Virus record (IMG/VR): IMGVR_UViG_3300030117_007612
Location: 96,001-160,000 of that record
Direction: 5' to 3' (one strand)
From: a virus
Lineage: Duplodnaviria; Caudoviricetes
DNA length: 64,000 bases
Numbering within the stretch: position 1 is the stretch's first letter; the number at the start of each line of letters is the position of its first letter. The position numbers and the translations under genes are program-made. Below are positions 46,448 through 56,509 of this stretch, piece by piece. Below the pieces are notes generated by a model. It saw only the letters and a program-made list of their open reading frames with translations, was not told the origin of the DNA and searched no databases.

Positions 46448-49126
46448 ATGTCGCAAATCTTTACTAAAGAAGAATTAGAAAGAACCCAAGAGCTTCTAAG
46501 CGCTTTAGAAGAGATCAAGAAAGCGAAAAAAGAAGGCGCTCAATTAGAGCAAAAACAGCTTGATCTTCTAGCGCAACACAATATCGCTGAATCGGAAGTG
46601 AACAAGTCGCTAAACGAACAGCGCGTCATTCTCCGAGAAATATTGGGCCTTCGTGAGAAGAACTCAACAGAAATTCAAGAGCGAATAGACCAGCTTAATA
46701 CACAGAAAGGAATTTTAGAGGCCCATAAAAAAAGCTTTGAAGACCTTGTTGATTTAGCAGAGGTGAATAAAGAAATAGAAGCCTCTAAGTTGGCTAAAAT
46801 TGAAGACCAGTATAAACAAGGTCAGCTGACTTACGCACAGTACCTGCAACAAATTAGGGCTGCAAAAGCTGACTTAGAAGTTGCTACTGAAAAGCTAGAT
46901 GTTTTAAATGAACAAGCAGATGCCGGCACAAGAGTTGGCAACACTCTGGCTCGTGTTTTGGGTATAAGCCAAAAAACACACACATCTTTCGCCAAAGATC
47001 TTGTTTTAATGATGTTCCAAGAAAATAGCTTGAAAAAAATGTCTGCGGCGATGGGCGGTTTCGCTGGTATCTTGGACAGTATTGGAAACAAAGGCATTGA
47101 GTCTCTTACTGCTCTCTTCATGGTGGCTGCCAAATTAGCTATATCAATATATGATGTAGGGGTAAATCTTCGAATGACAACCGGGATGAGTGCCGCTATG
47201 GCAACTGAAGCACAGAATGTGGCCAAGAGTTTTGTCGAGCTAGGTTACACCACAGAACAAGTACAGGAATCATTTTCGGAGCTTTTCACAACCGTGAGTG
47301 AGTTTTCAATGATGACTCCAGCAGCAAGAGCACAGATACAAGATTTAGCCATGGCAGCGCAAAAAGCGGGTGTTTCTTTTGGCGACTTCTCTAAAGCAAC
47401 GCAGGTCAGCGGTAGAATAATGGGCCTTTCAGGTGTGGCGGCCGCTGAGAATGCAGCACAATTAGGACATTACGCAGCTTCGATTGGAATGGTTCCTTCA
47501 ACTATCATTGGAGCGATGGACTCGGTAGTCCCCTCAATTGCAGCGATGGGTAAAGGCATGGGCAAAGAAATGAGAGCCTTGACCCGTATTCAGAAAGCAA
47601 CAGGAATTGAAATGCAAAGATTAATTTCAATTAGTGATCAATTTGATACATTTGAGGGATCAGCGAAAGCTGTAGGTAGCCTAAACGCCATGCTTGGTGG
47701 AGACTTTGTAAACGCACTAGATCTTATGATGGCGAGAAGCCCGTCAGAAAGATTTATGATGTTAAAAGATGCTTTAGATGCTGCAGGTAAATCTTTCGAT
47801 ACAATGGCTTACTTTGAAAAGAAAGCGATAGCTGAAGCCATAGGGTTCTCTTCTGTTGGTGAATTGGCTATGATGATGCGCGGCGAATTTGACCTTCTCG
47901 GAGAAACGGCCAACAAAACCTCTGAAGATTGGGCCAAGTATTATCGGGAACAACAACAACTTAAAGACTTTATGTCCGAGTTGAGAACAATTGCTATTGA
48001 GCTAGCACCAGACATGGTTAAGTTAGCCAAAGGATTTGCAAAATTTATACATTGGGTCAAACAGCCAGATAACTTAAAAATGATGAAGGGTATGATTTTC
48101 GCCATGATAGGCATGAAAGTCGCCTCTTTTGGCCTTGCTGCTGCGCAGACAGCCGCAGCCTTAAGCTCAGGAAAAATGTACTTCACAATCGGCCTCCTCG
48201 CAGGTGCACTTGGTGGATTAGCTTATCTTATGTTTGAGAAACCTTGGGCTTCTAACATGGTTGAGGGATTTTTTAAATTTGCGGCCGCAATATTTATATT
48301 AGGAAAAGTAGGAGACGTGGCAGGAAAAGGCCTAGCGAAGATGACTATGCCGCTGTTGGGCATAGGCGCAGCTGCAGTCTTGATGGGCGGCGGAATCGCC
48401 CTTGCAACATTAGGAATATCCAAGATGATCTCCTCATTTGCAGGCTTGGGAGAAGCCGCGGGACCAGCAGCATGGGCTGTCGGGGCCCTGATGCTTGGGT
48501 TCGTCCTCCTCGTTGGCACATTGGCAGCGATAGCCATAGCCGCAGCGCCGGCGGTTCCACTAATTTTCATGCTTGGCGCCGCCGTCGGACTAATAGGCTT
48601 GGGAATTGGCCTTGCCGCAGCAGGAATGTCTTTATTTGTTGGAGCGCTGAGTGAATTGTTTACAAATATTAATCCTTTGGACTTAGCAGTGGGTATCGGC
48701 GCCATGGCCGCGGCCCTACCACTCCTTGCTTATGCTGCTGGAATAGCCATCCTGCCACTGGGCGGCCTTGCTGGGGCATTCCTTGGCTTAGCCGGCGGCG
48801 TTGTAGCGCTTACTGCTGCCCTTGGAAAGCTAGAAAAACTAGAAGGCTTCCCCAACCTGCAGGCGGCAATAGTCCAAAAAGTGATGGCGGTAACTGTGGG
48901 CGCCGGCGAAGCGGGCGGTCGTGCCGCCGCGGCAGCCGTTGTGACCGCTGGTACTGCTGCCAGATCTCTTCCCGGCGCGCCGAGTACCCGCACCGCAGCA
49001 GGGGCAGGCACCGGTAATATCGTGGTTCAATTAGATCGACAAGGAACAATAGACTTCTTGGGAGGCAAGCCAGTTACATATGAACATCTTGAAGGCCGTA
49101 TCAAGCAAGGTACCGGTACTGGGTGA
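46448..49126 (+). CDS. tape measure protein
   Basis: Long helical coiled coil followed by Ala/Gly-rich hydrophobic repeats; lies after tube and chaperone. Confidence 0.85.
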   Translation: MSQIFTKEELERTQELLSALEEIKKAKKEGAQLEQKQLDLLAQHNIAESEVNKSLNEQRVILREILGLREKNSTEIQERIDQLNTQKGILEAHKKSFEDLVDLAEVNKEIEASKLAKIEDQYKQGQLTYAQYLQQIRAAKADLEVATEKLDVLNEQADAGTRVGNTLARVLGISQKTHTSFAKDLVLMMFQENSLKKMSAAMGGFAGILDSIGNKGIESLTALFMVAAKLAISIYDVGVNLRMTTGMSAAMATEAQNVAKSFVELGYTTEQVQESFSELFTTVSEFSMMTPAARAQIQDLAMAAQKAGVSFGDFSKATQVSGRIMGLSGVAAAENAAQLGHYAASIGMVPSTIIGAMDSVVPSIAAMGKGMGKEMRALTRIQKATGIEMQRLISISDQFDTFEGSAKAVGSLNAMLGGDFVNALDLMMARSPSERFMMLKDALDAAGKSFDTMAYFEKKAIAEAIGFSSVGELAMMMRGEFDLLGETANKTSEDWAKYYREQQQLKDFMSELRTIAIELAPDMVKLAKGFAKFIHWVKQPDNLKMMKGMIFAMIGMKVASFGLAAAQTAAALSSGKMYFTIGLLAGALGGLAYLMFEKPWASNMVEGFFKFAAAIFILGKVGDVAGKGLAKMTMPLLGIGAAAVLMGGGIALATLGISKMISSFAGLGEAAGPAAWAVGALMLGFVLLVGTLAAIAIAAAPAVPLIFMLGAAVGLIGLGIGLAAAGMSLFVGALSELFTNINPLDLAVGIGAMAAALPLLAYAAGIAILPLGGLAGAFLGLAGGVVALTAALGKLEKLEGFPNLQAAIVQKVMAVTVGAGEAGGRAAAAAVVTAGTAARSLPGAPSTRTAAGAGTGNIVVQLDRQGTIDFLGGKPVTYEHLEGRIKQGTGTG

Positions 49127-49197
49127 ACGCATTTAAAAGACAATTTAAATTAAACAATTATTTGAAAAGATAGTAGTTATAACAGAGGGAGAGAGCC

Positions 49198-50448
49198 ATG
49201 GCAGACGAAACCATACCAAATTTTAATACGAATAAGTACGCCTCGATTACTGGCGAAGTTCATAGAACAAACAGTACTCAGCGCCCGGGCGTGGCCACAT
49301 ATGCATTTAGCGATGGCTCGGATGATCTAGCGAATCTTAAACATTCAATACTTGGGTTCAAACATATCCCATCTGGAAATTCTGTATTTTTTAAAGCCTT
49401 TATAACTCAGTTTAATGAAAATTATGATTCTAGCTGGGAAAAGGCGACCGTGTTTGGTCGACCAGATCCTTTGTTGCAATTTCGCAACACACAAAGGAGC
49501 ATTTCAATCGGCTGGAATATTCCGGCTGCCAGTTTAGCTGAGGGCATCGAAAACTTAGAAAAAGTTCAAAACCTTATAAGGTACCAATACCCTTCCTATA
49601 ACACAACTACTGGCCCCGATAAAGATCTAGCGTACAATGCACTAGGCATGACGTCGCCACCGTTAGTGCGGCTAAAGTTTACCAACATGATAACCAACGC
49701 AGGCCCAACCAGTCCCACAGTCAGCATCGGTACTCCGCGCAATATGCGCCGGCGCCTAGGTATGCGCGCCGACCGTGCTAGCGGCGCACGTCCGGGAAGT
49801 GTTACATTTGAAACCAGCACCGATACGGGTCTTCTGGGTGTTATTTCAAGCATCACGGTTAACCATCATGTCGAAGGAGATGCTGGCGTTTTCCATGGCG
49901 ATGGAGCTATTGTTCCAAAGCTGATAGAAATAACTATGGAATTTAATCCGATTCACGAAGGCCTTCTTGGTTGGAACATGTCATCTGACAAGTGGGTTCC
50001 TGAGCGCGATAGCAACGGCAATGCCCTTCCTTCGCATAGATTACACAAATCCACCGCGATGGGTGGTTTTTCAGATTTCGACAAATCCAGATATGCTGGG
50101 TATGCCGGCAACAAGATGCAAACTTCGTTGGCTGCCCATTCTTCATTCCCGTACGGAATAGGTCCAGATTTTGATCCAATGCTGCAAGGGGAGACTCTCG
50201 ATGCCATGGCTAGCGCCCAAAGTGATAGGGTTGCCCTTCTTCAGGAGCGTGCTGATAAAGAAGCCGCCCGGCAAATTGCCCAAGTCAGGCATGCTGGCTT
50301 CATGGGGGGCGTTTTTAAACGCGCCGATGCCAAATACTATAATAAAAGAATGCGTGATCCATCTTTGAGAAGAGATCCCTATAGGATGGCGGCAGGTTAT
50401 GCTGCATCCGGATATCCGTCACCCGGCGACGAAGAAGGAGGAGGATAG
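49198..50448 (+). CDS. baseplate tube-initiator-like protein 1
   Basis: FKAFIT.F.E.Y.S.W...VFGR.DP...NT.R.ISIGW..PAA; paralog of the next gene. Confidence 0.55.
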   Translation: MADETIPNFNTNKYASITGEVHRTNSTQRPGVATYAFSDGSDDLANLKHSILGFKHIPSGNSVFFKAFITQFNENYDSSWEKATVFGRPDPLLQFRNTQRSISIGWNIPAASLAEGIENLEKVQNLIRYQYPSYNTTTGPDKDLAYNALGMTSPPLVRLKFTNMITNAGPTSPTVSIGTPRNMRRRLGMRADRASGARPGSVTFETSTDTGLLGVISSITVNHHVEGDAGVFHGDGAIVPKLIEITMEFNPIHEGLLGWNMSSDKWVPERDSNGNALPSHRLHKSTAMGGFSDFDKSRYAGYAGNKMQTSLAAHSSFPYGIGPDFDPMLQGETLDAMASAQSDRVALLQERADKEAARQIAQVRHAGFMGGVFKRADAKYYNKRMRDPSLRRDPYRMAAGYAASGYPSPGDEEGGG

Positions 50449-51756
50449 ATGGCTAACTTATTTGACGCCCTTAAGTATTATACAGACACTGGAGAAATGC
50501 ATTCAATTAGCACTCCGGCAGGTAGTTCTCAATTCCCGGGCATTGCCCCCATGGTCCAGCCATATATGGATGGATCCGATGCCATGGCCAACCTAAAGGG
50601 CTCTATTTTGGGATTTGAACATGTTGGAACAAATACATATATTCCTTTTAAGGCTTTTATCACCAATTTTGTGGAAACTTACAGTTCCGACTGGAATACA
50701 GAGGTTATATTCGGCAGACACGATCCAGTGTACGGCTATAAGAATACAAATAGAGAAATATCTATCGGATGGAAGGTGCCCGCTGCTACATTAAGCGAGG
50801 CAGTAGAAAATTTAGCCAGACTTCAGGTGTTTTTAAAGATGTTATATCCGGGATATAGCGCAACACACCATAGCGCAGGCCCCTCACGCACGCATCTGGT
50901 GCAATCTCCGCTTGTCAGAATGCAGTTTATGAACATGGTTTCAAGACACGCTTCGGGTGATCCGGGAATCAACATTAAAAGTCACCATGGGTACCGTGTC
51001 GTTGGCCCAAGCACGCGCGGTACCGCCCGAGTAAGGTCGGCAATTTCATATGCCAGACAAACTGTCGGCCGCAGCGGAATACAGGGCGGCACACCAACTG
51101 GGCTGTTGGGTGCTATAACCAGCGTCACCGTGAATCTAAATTTAGATACAGATGTTGGTGTTTTTCACGGCCAAGGGGCAATTATACCAAAACTAATAGA
51201 AGTCGATATAACATTTGCTCCAGTTCACGAAATACCGCTTGGATGGGACGAAAACGGAATTATTCGCACCCCCGGTAAAGCGGGCGGCGCGCAATCAGCA
51301 GCTTTTAGTGACGGATCTAGCAATTGGCCATATGGTATAAACGATGGTGAGACTCATTTTCAAGCGGGCCTTACGCAAGATGACATAGATGGTTTAATCA
51401 ATCTCGAACGCGAATTTCGCGATAAAGAAGCTGATATTTTAAATGCTCAAGCGAGATATAATGGATTATTTGGAAGAGCGCTGGCAAAACATGATGCGGC
51501 CGCATGCGCAGGCGGAAGGTGTTCTAACATGAGAGCTTCCGCTGCCAGAGGCGCCGAAGACTATTTCAACAGAAGAGGGAACAGCGAGACTAACCGAAGG
51601 AGCCGAGGCTCTAGTGCTGATTGGCCATACAACCGCGATCATACCGGCCAGAACAACGCGCCGTGGAGTCCCGGCTTTGGAACCAACCCCCAGAATGACT
51701 ACAATACGGCCAATGCAATAAGACGAATACGAAGAAACAAGGCCAATAAAAAATAA
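50449..51756 (+). CDS. baseplate tube-initiator-like protein 2
   Basis: Same motif set, plus SP.LVR..F.NM and IPKLIE. Confidence 0.55.
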   Translation: MANLFDALKYYTDTGEMHSISTPAGSSQFPGIAPMVQPYMDGSDAMANLKGSILGFEHVGTNTYIPFKAFITNFVETYSSDWNTEVIFGRHDPVYGYKNTNREISIGWKVPAATLSEAVENLARLQVFLKMLYPGYSATHHSAGPSRTHLVQSPLVRMQFMNMVSRHASGDPGINIKSHHGYRVVGPSTRGTARVRSAISYARQTVGRSGIQGGTPTGLLGAITSVTVNLNLDTDVGVFHGQGAIIPKLIEVDITFAPVHEIPLGWDENGIIRTPGKAGGAQSAAFSDGSSNWPYGINDGETHFQAGLTQDDIDGLINLEREFRDKEADILNAQARYNGLFGRALAKHDAAACAGGRCSNMRASAARGAEDYFNRRGNSETNRRSRGSSADWPYNRDHTGQNNAPWSPGFGTNPQNDYNTANAIRRIRRNKANKK

Positions 51757-51768
51757 AGGAAAATTGAG

Positions 51769-52104
51769 ATGGGAAGATATAGCAACAGAACAGTCGTTAC
51801 GAATGACAACGAAGTTTATGACGAATTGAGAGATCGGAGAAAAATCAAAATAGTGGAACACTACAACTCCGCAAATTTAAGACACCCATCTGTATATGAT
51901 CGTTCGTTGGTTAATCTAACCCCGCATGTTTGGACAGCAGGAGACAGGTTCTACAGGCTAGCCGATCAGTTTTACGGCGAAGCAGGTTTATGGTGGATAA
52001 TTGCATGGTTTAATACGGCGCCAACTGAAGCTCACATGTCTCCGGGCGAAGTGATTCATATTCCAACCCCCCTTAGCAGGGTTTATGACATGCTAGGGTA
52101 TTAG
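51769..52104 (+). CDS. LysM-like baseplate protein (gp53/gpX-like)
   Basis: GDRFYRLADQFYG...LWWIIAWFN......GEVIHIP. Confidence 0.75.
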   Translation: MGRYSNRTVVTNDNEVYDELRDRRKIKIVEHYNSANLRHPSVYDRSLVNLTPHVWTAGDRFYRLADQFYGEAGLWWIIAWFNTAPTEAHMSPGEVIHIPTPLSRVYDMLGY

Positions 52105-52106
52105 TT

Positions 52107-55100
52107 ATGAGTGATAATGGGGCACCAGTTACTTGGTCAAATATCGGGAAGAGATATAACTACGGCGCCGGCGCCGAGAAGCAGAGGCAAACGGCCCGCG
52201 AAGAAACAGAGCGCAAAAATGCGGCACGTGCCCTAGCTGATACATACCAAACAAATCTTTCCACTGCAATCCAAAAGTACAACGGTTCTCCGAATTCTGG
52301 CTATATTGACGAGATTGCAACGGGCGATATGGGCTGGGTTGGCTACTCAGACACGCTAGCGAAAACACGGGAACAAGTTACAGCATTAGGCATACCCGAG
52401 ACAGAATCCCCACATAAAGAACTCATAGACGCAGAGAAAACCCTCGCTGCCTATGATGAAACCGTAGCCAAAAGCAACAAGGCCATGGAAGACGCAGGAA
52501 TCAAGATGCTTAAGCCCGGAGAGCAACCATCTGAAGGTTATGTTCCTGCGCCTTTGTATCCGGCTTGGTATGGGGAAAAAGGCCGCCCAATGGCTGCGGC
52601 TATGGGTCTTGCGCCAAAAACGCGCCCGTCCACGGCCGCCACCGGTGCACCGGCCGGATCCCGCGCGGCATCAGGTGTTGCCGGGACAGTTGCCACGAAG
52701 ACATACGGACAACAACAGAGATTCAGACAACAGTGCTATTTGTTGAGTCGCATAAAACGTTTTGCAAAATTTAGCGCAACGCTTCATTCCGGATACGTAG
52801 TTGATGAGGTTGATCGTAGTAGAAAATTACCATATTTTGACGGAGTTTCAAATACCTCAATTCCCGTTGTAGGTGAGCCCTTTGGATTAATGAATAAACT
52901 AATCGGGAACTCAAAAAGCGAAGAATTAAATAACCTAACGACAGCACAGATATCGGCATTGATACCGTTACTGAGAATATTTAAGGTACATAGATTGCCG
53001 AATGGTACCGAACGGCATAACGAAATACTTTTTGACACACACGTAACCCGAACCGACATGACAGTCTTTGAAAGTCGCTCTGCCCGCGGTGCCGGATCCG
53101 GCCTAAACAGCTTTGACATAACCTTTGATGGTAGTAACTTTTTTACAGCCAAAAAAGCGATAAAAGCTAAGCTAAGCATGCATTTCGATTCATTTAACGA
53201 CATAATTAGAATTCGAAGGAGCAATTCTGGGCAAACCTTTAGATATGTTGACTTGGCACTAAGAACCAGCAGCGCCTCCGGTGGAAGAAAAGATCCAAAC
53301 CGGGACTCATTTCCTGAAAGCTACAGGATCAAAGTTATTGCTGGTTGGTCAGTACCTAGATCTGGCTTGGATAAGGAGCTGTTTAAAGATCAGGAGTTAA
53401 GAACAGCGATAGAAAACTCTTCTGTGATCTTTAATTTAACAATGGTTTCTCACACATTTAACGTTGATGATCTGGGCAGGGTTACTTTCGATATTGATTA
53501 TATGGCATATATTGATGCGGCTTTTTCAACAAAGTATGCAAATGTTCTAACAAATACCGATTTAATGGAAAAGTACTTAAAAAGAGAGTCCACCCTTAGA
53601 ATAATTTCTAAATCTGACTGTACCTCGGAAGAAAAATCAAAATTGAAAAAAGAATTATCCTTGGAAGCAGAGAGAGACAAAAAGACTGCTTTGAAAACAT
53701 TATTGGAAAAATTAGGAAGCGAAAAAAAGATATTTTACCACATCATACCCATGGCAGCCCTAGATAGTTTTAATAAGCTAGGCCCATGGGCTGAAGACGA
53801 CTCACTTGAGATAGAAGAAGGTGAAAACTTTGTCCAAAATGATGTTGAAAAAGACATCCTTAATATAATAGATGCCTATGATAAAAAGAAAGATTTACCT
53901 GAAAATTTAACTGGATTAATTCGTCGCCCCACATCAAACAAGGAATACATACTGCCCTTCTTTTTTCTTGGCGACTTGCTCGACGCAGGCCTTGGAAACA
54001 TTTCTGAATATACCTCGGACGCACACAATATAGCATCAGGCAATCCGGATGTTGATGGAGATTTTCTATCTTTTTCTCACTCCTTCCAAGGTTTAAGAAT
54101 TCTGACCGGAGATATCGAATTAGTGGAACCAAAAACAGGCGCAATTTACAGGGCCAACATGGCAGACGTCCCGGTATCTATTGATTATTTTGTGGAATGG
54201 TTTATGGGCAAAGTAATCTCGAAAGGCGGAGAGCCTGAATATCCATTGAGTAATTTTGTCAAAGACTTGATGAATAGTATTCTTACAACTGCTGGGGATG
54301 CCGAGTGTTTTGGATCTTCAGCAATTTCAAAAGTTCATGCCCGAGTCAGTTATCTTTCTGGGCTAGCCTCAGTTCGAGGCGCCGACCCGGCCACCATGGC
54401 AGCATCCAAATCCGGCATGAAAAGAATCGACATAGATGAAATAACCCAAAAAGGTTCACGGGCTCTGATTAGAACCTCAGATTCCGTAGATAAACTGGCC
54501 ACAGAAAGCAAACCGACATACCAATATATTGTATTTTATGCTTCTCGGGCCTATCCCCACAGCAGACAAGGTCATTATGTGAACGATGCCCAAGTCGGTA
54601 TTCCTCATTTTGAAATCGGCCGCGGCGAGGGTATGGTTAAAAATATACAATTTCAAAAAGCCGAACAGAAATATTTCAAAGAAATGATGCTTGAACAAGA
54701 GGGTTACGAAGGCTTGGCTCAAGTTAGGGAACCCTATGCTGTAACGATTACCATGTTTGGCAATTTAAATTATTTTCCGGGATCGTACATATATGTTGAC
54801 CCACGCGGTTTGGGTTCAATGATGGGATCACCACAAGATGATAAAGGAGACGATGGGTATGGCAGTCTCGCTTGGCAGCTCGGAATGGGCGGATATTATA
54901 TGATTACAAAGACCGCCAGTAAAATCACAAGCGGAATATACGAAACAACGCTATATGCCACATGGGTTGCACGAGGCGCCCGCCATGATCCTGAATTGGC
55001 GCCGTCTGTGATGGCCGAAGCGGCAGAAGACTGCGAATCTCTACCAAAACCAATTGTCAATGTTAGCCTCGTCGAAAGAGGAAAGTTCGACCAGATCGGC

Positions 55101-55202
55101 ATCTTCGTGTCGCCCAACGAGGCAAAGCCCGGCGATGTTGTTGGGTACGTCGAAAATTCGAGAACAGGCGAGAAGCGGTATACGCGCCTGCCCGATGAAT
55201 AG
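52107..55202 (+). CDS. baseplate hub protein (gp27/gpD-like)
   Basis: C-term Y.V.ITMFGN...FPG.YIY...GGYYMITK....I..G.YET.L; position after the LysM-like gene. Confidence 0.55.
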   Translation: MSDNGAPVTWSNIGKRYNYGAGAEKQRQTAREETERKNAARALADTYQTNLSTAIQKYNGSPNSGYIDEIATGDMGWVGYSDTLAKTREQVTALGIPETESPHKELIDAEKTLAAYDETVAKSNKAMEDAGIKMLKPGEQPSEGYVPAPLYPAWYGEKGRPMAAAMGLAPKTRPSTAATGAPAGSRAASGVAGTVATKTYGQQQRFRQQCYLLSRIKRFAKFSATLHSGYVVDEVDRSRKLPYFDGVSNTSIPVVGEPFGLMNKLIGNSKSEELNNLTTAQISALIPLLRIFKVHRLPNGTERHNEILFDTHVTRTDMTVFESRSARGAGSGLNSFDITFDGSNFFTAKKAIKAKLSMHFDSFNDIIRIRRSNSGQTFRYVDLALRTSSASGGRKDPNRDSFPESYRIKVIAGWSVPRSGLDKELFKDQELRTAIENSSVIFNLTMVSHTFNVDDLGRVTFDIDYMAYIDAAFSTKYANVLTNTDLMEKYLKRESTLRIISKSDCTSEEKSKLKKELSLEAERDKKTALKTLLEKLGSEKKIFYHIIPMAALDSFNKLGPWAEDDSLEIEEGENFVQNDVEKDILNIIDAYDKKKDLPENLTGLIRRPTSNKEYILPFFFLGDLLDAGLGNISEYTSDAHNIASGNPDVDGDFLSFSHSFQGLRILTGDIELVEPKTGAIYRANMADVPVSIDYFVEWFMGKVISKGGEPEYPLSNFVKDLMNSILTTAGDAECFGSSAISKVHARVSYLSGLASVRGADPATMAASKSGMKRIDIDEITQKGSRALIRTSDSVDKLATESKPTYQYIVFYASRAYPHSRQGHYVNDAQVGIPHFEIGRGEGMVKNIQFQKAEQKYFKEMMLEQEGYEGLAQVREPYAVTITMFGNLNYFPGSYIYVDPRGLGSMMGSPQDDKGDDGYGSLAWQLGMGGYYMITKTASKITSGIYETTLYATWVARGARHDPELAPSVMAEAAEDCESLPKPIVNVSLVERGKFDQIGIFVSPNEAKPGDVVGYVENSRTGEKRYTRLPDE

Positions 55203-55213
55203 GAGAATAAAAA

Positions 55214-56509
55214 ATGGCAAAATCATTTAAAGGATCAAATCGATTAGTAAACGCACGGGGTATATTCAATGAAAAAACCATATACAACACAGACAACCTG
55301 TTGATAGACTATTCAGAAAGATATGCAAATTTTGTATTTTTCAATTTGTATGAATTTCAACTGTATGGTAGGGTTGCCAGATTGCCCGCCCCTATAATTT
55401 TGAGACCAAAAGCGCTTACCGGACCCTCACTCAAAAGCCTTGAATCCCGCAGTGAATCACAAATACGATTGGTTAATTTTGTTGCTGATGCTTTTGCAGA
55501 CTTTAAAGCAGCTTTTAGAAAAAAACAATATAAAGGTGAATTAGCCACCAATGAAACATTTTTAAGTAATATTGTGCCATACAAGGGTCACATAAGTGCA
55601 GACGCAGAGTACGCCAAACATCGACAAAATATTTTTAATGCAATAAATCAGCATGTTTTTGATAAAAATTTACAAATTAAAAATTTTCAAGATTTTATGA
55701 GAACTGTAGAGGGTTTATTTTATCAATTCGCCGACAAAATACCTGTCACTCGATCTGGTTTTATAAAAAGCAGATTCTGTTCGCCCTTGGTTAGTGGGCT
55801 GGTGGTCGAAATATCAAGCTTAAACTATGACGACGATCAAAGAAAGTTTGATGCATTTATTTCTAGTCCCAATTTTGAATTTTATTTAAACAATGCGCGC
55901 GAACACGGATTCTATGTTGACGCATCTGCGCCATGGCGAATGATTGCAGATCTTGGATCGACCCAGATGGAAAGATATATGGAGAATTACGATGTGCGAC
56001 CGGCTGTAAATAGTGATCTAGAGCATGTTGACATTGTGCTCACATCATATTATGATATAGCAGCACCGGACGGATTTGAGTTGCTTATTACAACGCTTGT
56101 GGGCATGTATAATTCTTTTGTTGGTCTTAATCCTTATGATACTGAGCCCTTTATGTGTTCGAATGGTGAAACGATGATTAGGGGCATAACACGCAAAGAG
56201 ATAACGATTCAATATGCTACCAAGCTTTATTCAACTCATTACTGGCTGTGGTTGTATCTTAGATTGAGAAATATCGAATCAAATTCAATCTTAAATGAAG
56301 AGAATTTACACATTTTATACAACAATCTTTCAAAAATGGTTGACAAACTACCCATTAGGGATATATTATGGATGATGGAGATTGCAATTTGTGACGTTTC
56401 CGGTGAATCTGGATCCTATCATAATTTTGCTAAAGGTCTGACCCAAGAAGAGCAATATAAACTAAACATGGCAATTTATAGGGGTGCACGTGATATTTCA
56501 AGCTATTGA
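55214..56509 (+). CDS. hypothetical protein
   Basis: 431-aa ORF with SD AGGAG; no family recognised. Confidence 0.6.
   Translation: MAKSFKGSNRLVNARGIFNEKTIYNTDNLLIDYSERYANFVFFNLYEFQLYGRVARLPAPIILRPKALTGPSLKSLESRSESQIRLVNFVADAFADFKAAFRKKQYKGELATNETFLSNIVPYKGHISADAEYAKHRQNIFNAINQHVFDKNLQIKNFQDFMRTVEGLFYQFADKIPVTRSGFIKSRFCSPLVSGLVVEISSLNYDDDQRKFDAFISSPNFEFYLNNAREHGFYVDASAPWRMIADLGSTQMERYMENYDVRPAVNSDLEHVDIVLTSYYDIAAPDGFELLITTLVGMYNSFVGLNPYDTEPFMCSNGETMIRGITRKEITIQYATKLYSTHYWLWLYLRLRNIESNSILNEENLHILYNNLSKMVDKLPIRDILWMMEIAICDVSGESGSYHNFAKGLTQEEQYKLNMAIYRGARDISSY
56340..56367 (+). promoter_or_regulatory. possible intragenic sigma70-like promoter for the polymerase module
   Basis: TTGACA-16 nt-TATATT about 120 nt upstream of the polymerase start. 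Confidence 0.3.
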
